Source of the DNA: an uncultured delta proteobacterium
GTDB lineage: Bacteria; Desulfobacterota; Desulfobaccia; Desulfobaccales; 0-14-0-80-60-11
Assembly (NCBI GenBank): GCA_963812015.1
Contig: CAWETI010000003.1
Coordinates: 1,248,001 to 1,312,000, forward strand
Direction: 5' to 3'
DNA length: 64,000 nt
The notes beneath the pieces are model-generated. The model did not search any database. It was not told the origin of the DNA and was given only the letters and a program-made list of their open reading frames with translations. Below are positions 59,779-64,000 of the stretch, in pieces. The first letter of the stretch is position 1. Each line of letters opens with the position of its first letter. A program made the translations under genes and the position numbers.

Positions 59779-61422
59779 ATGAAGATTACCCTGGCCCAAC
59801 TTAATCCCGTGGTGGGGGACGTGCGCGGCAACCTTCAGAAGGTCGTCGCCACCTTTGAGCAGGAGCAGGGCGCCTCCGACCTGGTGGTCTTTTCCGAGCT
59901 TTTTCTGGTAGGCTATCCGCCCCGGGACCTCCTGGAGAAACCGGGGCTCCTGGCCCAGGTCGAGGCGGCTTTGGCCGAACTGACGGCCCTGTCCGCCAAA
60001 TATCCCGGCACCGGCCTCCTGGTGGGGGCGCCTCAGCCCACCGGCCGGGACACGGGCAAAGGCCTGTGCAACTGTGCGGTGTTGATCTATCAGGGACAGG
60101 TGCTGCTGCGCCAGGGCAAATCTCTTTTGCCCACCTACGACGTCTTCGACGAGACCCGCCACTTCGACCCCGCCGACCGGGTGGAGGTTATCCCCTTCAA
60201 AGACGAAATTTTAGGGGTCTCCATCTGTGAAGACGCCTGGTACGACCCGGAGTTGTGGTTCCGCCGGCTCTACCCCCTGGACCCCATCCAGGTCCAGGCC
60301 CGGCAGGGGGCGACGGTGCTCATCAATATTTCCGCCTCGCCCTTCCAGGTGGGGAAAGAGGAGCTGCGCCACCGGCTGCTCCAGGCCCATGCCCTGAAAT
60401 ACGGCATCCCCCTCATTTATGTAAACCAGGTGGGGGGAAATGATGAGCTTATTTTTGACGGCCACAGCCTGGCCCTGGACCCGGCGGGGGAGGCCCTGGC
60501 GGCGTTGCCGGGATTTCGAGAAGCAGTGGCCACGGTGGACCTGGCCCGGCCCGGCGTTCCGGGGCGGTACGCCCCCATGGAGCCCATTGCTTCGGTGCAT
60601 GGGGCCCTGGTCCTGGGTCTGAGGGATTATTTGGGGAAATGCGGCTTTAGCAAAGCCGTAGTGGGGTTGAGCGGCGGGGTGGATTCCGCGGTCACCTGCT
60701 GCCTGGCCGGCCAGGCCCTGGGTCCGGAAAACGTCATGGGGGTGTTGATGCCCTCGCCCTATACCTCCCGGGAGAGCATCGACGACTCCCTCATCCTGGC
60801 CCGGAACTTGGGGGTGGAGGCCAGGCTCATTCCCATCACCGCCATTTTTCAGAGCTACCGGGACGCCTTGCAGGGACCCCTGGAACTGGGTGAGATCGAG
60901 GTGACCCTGGAGAACATTCAGGCCCGCATCCGGGGCAACATCCTCATGGCCATCTCCAACAAATACGGCCACATGGTCCTGTCCACCGGCAACAAAAGCG
61001 AAATCGCGGTGGGCTACTGCACCTTATACGGCGATATGAGCGGCGGGCTCAGCGTCCTGGCCGACGTGCCCAAGACCATGGTCTATGAACTGGCGAACTA
61101 CCTCAACCGGGACCGGGAGGTCATCCCCCCTCAAATCATTCTTAAGGCCCCGTCCGCCGAACTGCGCCCCGACCAGAAGGACCAGGACACCCTGCCCCCG
61201 TATGACATCCTGGACCGGATCATGAATTGTTACCTCACCGAGGGCTATGCGTACGGGGACATCGTCAAGCTGGGTTTTGACCCGGAAACCGTGAAGTGGG
61301 TGATCCGCACCATCGACCGAAGCGAATACAAGCGCCGGCAGGCCGCGCCGGGCCTGAAGATCACTTCCAAGGCCTTTGGCATGGGACGGCGCATCCCCAT
61401 TGCCGCGAAGTTCGAGTTGTAA
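59779..61422 (+). CDS. nadE: Glutamine-dependent NAD+ synthetase
   Basis: Nitrilase domain (E..GYPP.D, K..LP.YDVFDE, ICED) plus SGGVDS, ENIQAR.RG, TGNKSE and PSAELRPDQ.D motifs. Confidence 0.95.
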   Translation: MKITLAQLNPVVGDVRGNLQKVVATFEQEQGASDLVVFSELFLVGYPPRDLLEKPGLLAQVEAALAELTALSAKYPGTGLLVGAPQPTGRDTGKGLCNCAVLIYQGQVLLRQGKSLLPTYDVFDETRHFDPADRVEVIPFKDEILGVSICEDAWYDPELWFRRLYPLDPIQVQARQGATVLINISASPFQVGKEELRHRLLQAHALKYGIPLIYVNQVGGNDELIFDGHSLALDPAGEALAALPGFREAVATVDLARPGVPGRYAPMEPIASVHGALVLGLRDYLGKCGFSKAVVGLSGGVDSAVTCCLAGQALGPENVMGVLMPSPYTSRESIDDSLILARNLGVEARLIPITAIFQSYRDALQGPLELGEIEVTLENIQARIRGNILMAISNKYGHMVLSTGNKSEIAVGYCTLYGDMSGGLSVLADVPKTMVYELANYLNRDREVIPPQIILKAPSAELRPDQKDQDTLPPYDILDRIMNCYLTEGYAYGDIVKLGFDPETVKWVIRTIDRSEYKRRQAAPGLKITSKAFGMGRRIPIAAKFEL

Positions 61423-61543
61423 TCTTTCACAGGCGGGTGTCGGGGAACCGAGGGGCGGTTCCCACCCAGCTTCTCCTAGCCTCTCCTCCTATGGACGGAC
61501 CTGGGTGTCCGCCCTTACTCACGGTGCTAAATAACCGCAGCTT

Positions 61544-62038
61544 TTACATCGCCTTGGGCGGCGCCGCGGGTACTCCCGGCGGTTCGGGGCCGGCCGGAGG
61601 TGTGGGCTGCGGCTCCGCAGGAACTTGAGCCGGCGTTTCGTCTGGAGGGATTTCGATGATTTTGCCCTTGGGCGTGGTTACGGGCTCCCCCGGGGTGGTG
61701 GGCGAACCCACGGCGCCCCCGGCTTGCTTGGCGGTTTTGAAATAGGCCGGGTCGACTTTGTAAAACACCTCCGGCACTTTATTCACCGATTTCCAGGGGC
61801 CTTGGGGGGCACGGCCCCGGTAGAAGAAGTCGTTCCAGAAAAAATAGTAGTTGCCCCGGTAGCGAAAGACGTCGGTGGGGAGGTTGGGGGCCCAGAAGAC
61901 CGGGGAGGCCCCGGGGACCTGGGTCCACTGGGGTTTGACGCCCAGCGGCACCGGGTTGATGCGAATGTCCTGAGCCCCGGCCGCCGAAGGGACCGCCAGG
62001 AGTGCCACTACCGCCAAAATCTTGAGAAAACGCCGCAT
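61544..62038 (-). CDS. Hypothetical secreted protein with aromatic domain and Pro-rich tail
   Basis: Start at ATG 62038 with a GGGGAG RBS; signal peptide MRRFLKILAVVALLAVPSAAGA. Confidence 0.7.
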   Translation of the reverse strand: MRRFLKILAVVALLAVPSAAGAQDIRINPVPLGVKPQWTQVPGASPVFWAPNLPTDVFRYRGNYYFFWNDFFYRGRAPQGPWKSVNKVPEVFYKVDPAYFKTAKQAGGAVGSPTTPGEPVTTPKGKIIEIPPDETPAQVPAEPQPTPPAGPEPPGVPAAPPKAM

Positions 62039-62263
62039 CGACTGAATCTCCCCGGTTAGGTTGGCGAGCCAGGGCCGAGGGTGGACCCTGCTTGGGCTCG
62101 GGTGTCTCCGAATTATCATAACGCAGCAAGTTACCGACTATATATATGAACCGGCCGGCAAAAAACTAGCCTTGAAGGCTTTGCCGGGCGACGTAGGGTG
62201 AAGTATAACTCCACGGGCCGGGTCGCCACAAGTCAGGCAATCTCCCCGGGCTGGAGGTCAACT

Positions 62264-62578
62264 ATGCGTCTCGTAATCGCCATGGTCATGATCGCCGTGG
62301 TCGTGTTTTTCTCCGGTCAGCCAGCCAGTCCGGGTGATGTGACCGTGGTGCAGGGAGGGAAAAGCTATTCCGGCTGGACGAATAATTGGGGGGGAATCCT
62401 GATCCAGAACTCCAGGGGCAAAATCATCATGCGCGGTCGGGTCAACCGGATGGGCGGCATCGAAATTATCCCAGTGGACACCGGGGAATCGTTTGTAGGA
62501 CAGGTAAACCCCATGGGTTATGGCTTGCTTATTTCTCCCCAAACCGGCAACAGCATGCGGGTCGAAGTGGAACGCTGA
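62264..62578 (+). CDS. Small secreted protein with three internal repeats
   Basis: GGAGG RBS, ATG 62264, signal peptide; G..N..GG.I repeated three times. Confidence 0.65.
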   Translation: MRLVIAMVMIAVVVFFSGQPASPGDVTVVQGGKSYSGWTNNWGGILIQNSRGKIIMRGRVNRMGGIEIIPVDTGESFVGQVNPMGYGLLISPQTGNSMRVEVER

Positions 62579-62648
62579 GCCGGGCGCCTGCAAACGCGCT
62601 TTGGCCCCCAAACGTTGCCCTGGACCCCGCGGACGCGGGGCCTTAACC

Positions 62649-63365
62649 TCAGGCGGGAATACTCTTCTGCCGGCCCACGGCCAGGTCGTGCAGGGGGATG
62701 AGGATGTCCGCCACCTCTTTGACTCGCCGGGCGCTCTCATAGGCGTCGATGACATTGATATGAACCCCCGAGGGGATGGGAGGTCCCGAGGCGGGGAAAT
62801 TCGCCTCGTTGCAGCAAAACCCGGTGATCACCGCCTTGCCGGCCCGGGTGTTGACCACCACGGACTGGCCTCCCACCGTGTGTCCGGGGGTGAAGAGCAC
62901 GCTGATGCCATCCACGATCTCCGCATCCCCGTCCACCTGCACCACTTCCACGTCATCCAGGAGGTCGGGGAAGTAGCGGTGGTCCACCGGATGCGGCTCT
63001 TTAAAAAACTCGTATTCCCGTTTCTGCACGTAGACCCGGGCGTTGGTGCACTTGTAATCGTTCTCGCAGTGGTCGTTGTGCAGGTGCGTGTGGATGATGA
63101 TGTCGATGTCTTCCGGTTTGAGGCCGAAGCTATCCAGGGCTTCTTCGAACTCCTGGATTTTTAGGCCGTATTGTTCCCCCACCCCAGGGGGCACCATGAA
63201 CTGCTCCAGGCCCGTGTCCACCAGGATCTTCTCCGGCCCCCCTTCCAGGTAAAACACGTAGATGGGGATCCAGATGCGCTTGCCGTAGCCTTTGAGATAC
63301 GTCATGACGCCCTGATCCGTTTCGTTGGCGCCGATTACCAGGGGGTGGATGATATATTCCTGCAT
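62649..63365 (-). CDS. Metallo-beta-lactamase-fold hydrolase (N-acyl homoserine lactonase-like family)
   Basis: ILVDTG, THLHNDH, TPGHT.G.QS and P.HD motifs. Confidence 0.85.
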   Translation of the reverse strand: MQEYIIHPLVIGANETDQGVMTYLKGYGKRIWIPIYVFYLEGGPEKILVDTGLEQFMVPPGVGEQYGLKIQEFEEALDSFGLKPEDIDIIIHTHLHNDHCENDYKCTNARVYVQKREYEFFKEPHPVDHRYFPDLLDDVEVVQVDGDAEIVDGISVLFTPGHTVGGQSVVVNTRAGKAVITGFCCNEANFPASGPPIPSGVHINVIDAYESARRVKEVADILIPLHDLAVGRQKSIPA

Positions 63366-63480
63366 GGTCCTCTCCTGAAGCGATTTTTTTGATGAAAGTA
63401 TTATAAGGCCAAAACGAAGAATTTTGAATTATCGCAGCCCGGTTTTCAGACGGTAATCTCTTTTTAAGCCGGATGCCCGA

Positions 63481-63753
63481 CTAACAGAGCCAGCAGCCCT
63501 GCTCCCGGACCTCCTCGTACCATTTCACCAGAAGCGGCCGCATGGCCTTTTTGTCCACCAGGAGGAGGCGGCGCACCCCGGCCATGTCAATGAACCCGCC
63601 GAAGTAGGCGAACTTCACCAGGCCTTCGAGATTTTCCGGGGAGAATTCCCGGGCCCGTTCCGGCACCCGCTCCCACATCTCTTCCGCCTGGATGATCTCC
63701 CGCACCTGATGAAAATGGCGCTCAAGCCTGGCGGCGCCTGCTTCCGGGGGCAC
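63481..63753 (-). CDS. Hypothetical protein
   Basis: 90-aa ORF with GC3-biased codons, directly after the HtrA-like stop. Confidence 0.55.
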   Translation of the reverse strand: MPPEAGAARLERHFHQVREIIQAEEMWERVPERAREFSPENLEGLVKFAYFGGFIDMAGVRRLLLVDKKAMRPLLVKWYEEVREQGCWLC

Positions 63754-63756
63754 GGC

Positions 63757-64000
63757 TCACTTCATCCAGGGAGCAATGATCTGCCGGGCGATGTTGATGG
63801 GGATCGCGAAACCGATCCCCTGGCCCTGGGCGGAGATCATGGAGTTGATGCCCACCACCTGGCCGTTGATGTCCAACAAGGGGCCGCCGCTGTTCCCGGG
63901 GTTGATGGAGGCGTCCGTCTGGATGAAGTCCCCGTAGGTCCCCTTGCCCAGGCCCCGGCGCCCGGTGGCGCTGATGATGCCCACGGTCATGGTTTTTTCC
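63757..64000 (-). CDS. HtrA/DegP-type trypsin-like serine protease, C-terminal part (cut by window edge)
   Basis: [26 protein letters not shown] and GIGFAIP motifs. Confidence 0.88.
   Translation of the reverse strand, partial: EKTMTVGIISATGRRGLGKGTYGDFIQTDASINPGNSGGPLLDINGQVVGINSMISAQGQGIGFAIPINIARQIIAPWMK

Noticed and set aside
62649..63365. Quorum-quenching system
   Set aside because: The MBL family assignment alone does not establish AHL activity, and no luxI/luxR context is present.

Overview
Bacterial genomic window. The core genes are GC-rich and there are several visibly AT-rich patches. Gene content and intergenic palindrome style suggest a deltaproteobacterium/Desulfobacterota, possibly Desulfobacca-like; this is inference only. 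Four blocks are visible. (1) 1-28.7 kb: a long + strand Wzx/Wzy-type surface polysaccharide locus with a WbpV/WbpL/WbpM-like initiation module, many GTs, an AsnB-like amidotransferase, 3 methyltransferases, an SGNH protein, two gmd-like genes, WcaI/WcaJ-like genes and fcl. It ends in a scar of two truncated genes. (2) 29.6-38.1 kb: a - strand operon in which a serine palmitoyltransferase-like gene and a bacterial ceramide synthase-like (YghO/GNAT) gene flank a complete MacAB-TolC-like exporter, followed by a GT-C-like membrane protein. This is the strongest candidate for an undescribed system: sphingolipid (or other amino-lipid) synthesis coupled to tripartite export. (3) 40-53 kb: a glycolipid-tailoring-like neighbourhood with a ligase-like membrane protein, DPM1-like GT2, deacetylase, Zn dehydrogenase, radical SAM/SPASM, GT4s, a ceramide glucosyltransferase-like GT and a flippase. 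(4) 53-64 kb: SGNH proteins, an O-methyltransferase, an sxtJ/sxtK/carbamoyltransferase module, nadE, small secreted proteins, an MBL hydrolase and an HtrA-like gene end. No rRNA, tRNA, CRISPR array or intact transposase was recognised. All functional calls come from motif recognition by eye, not database searches.
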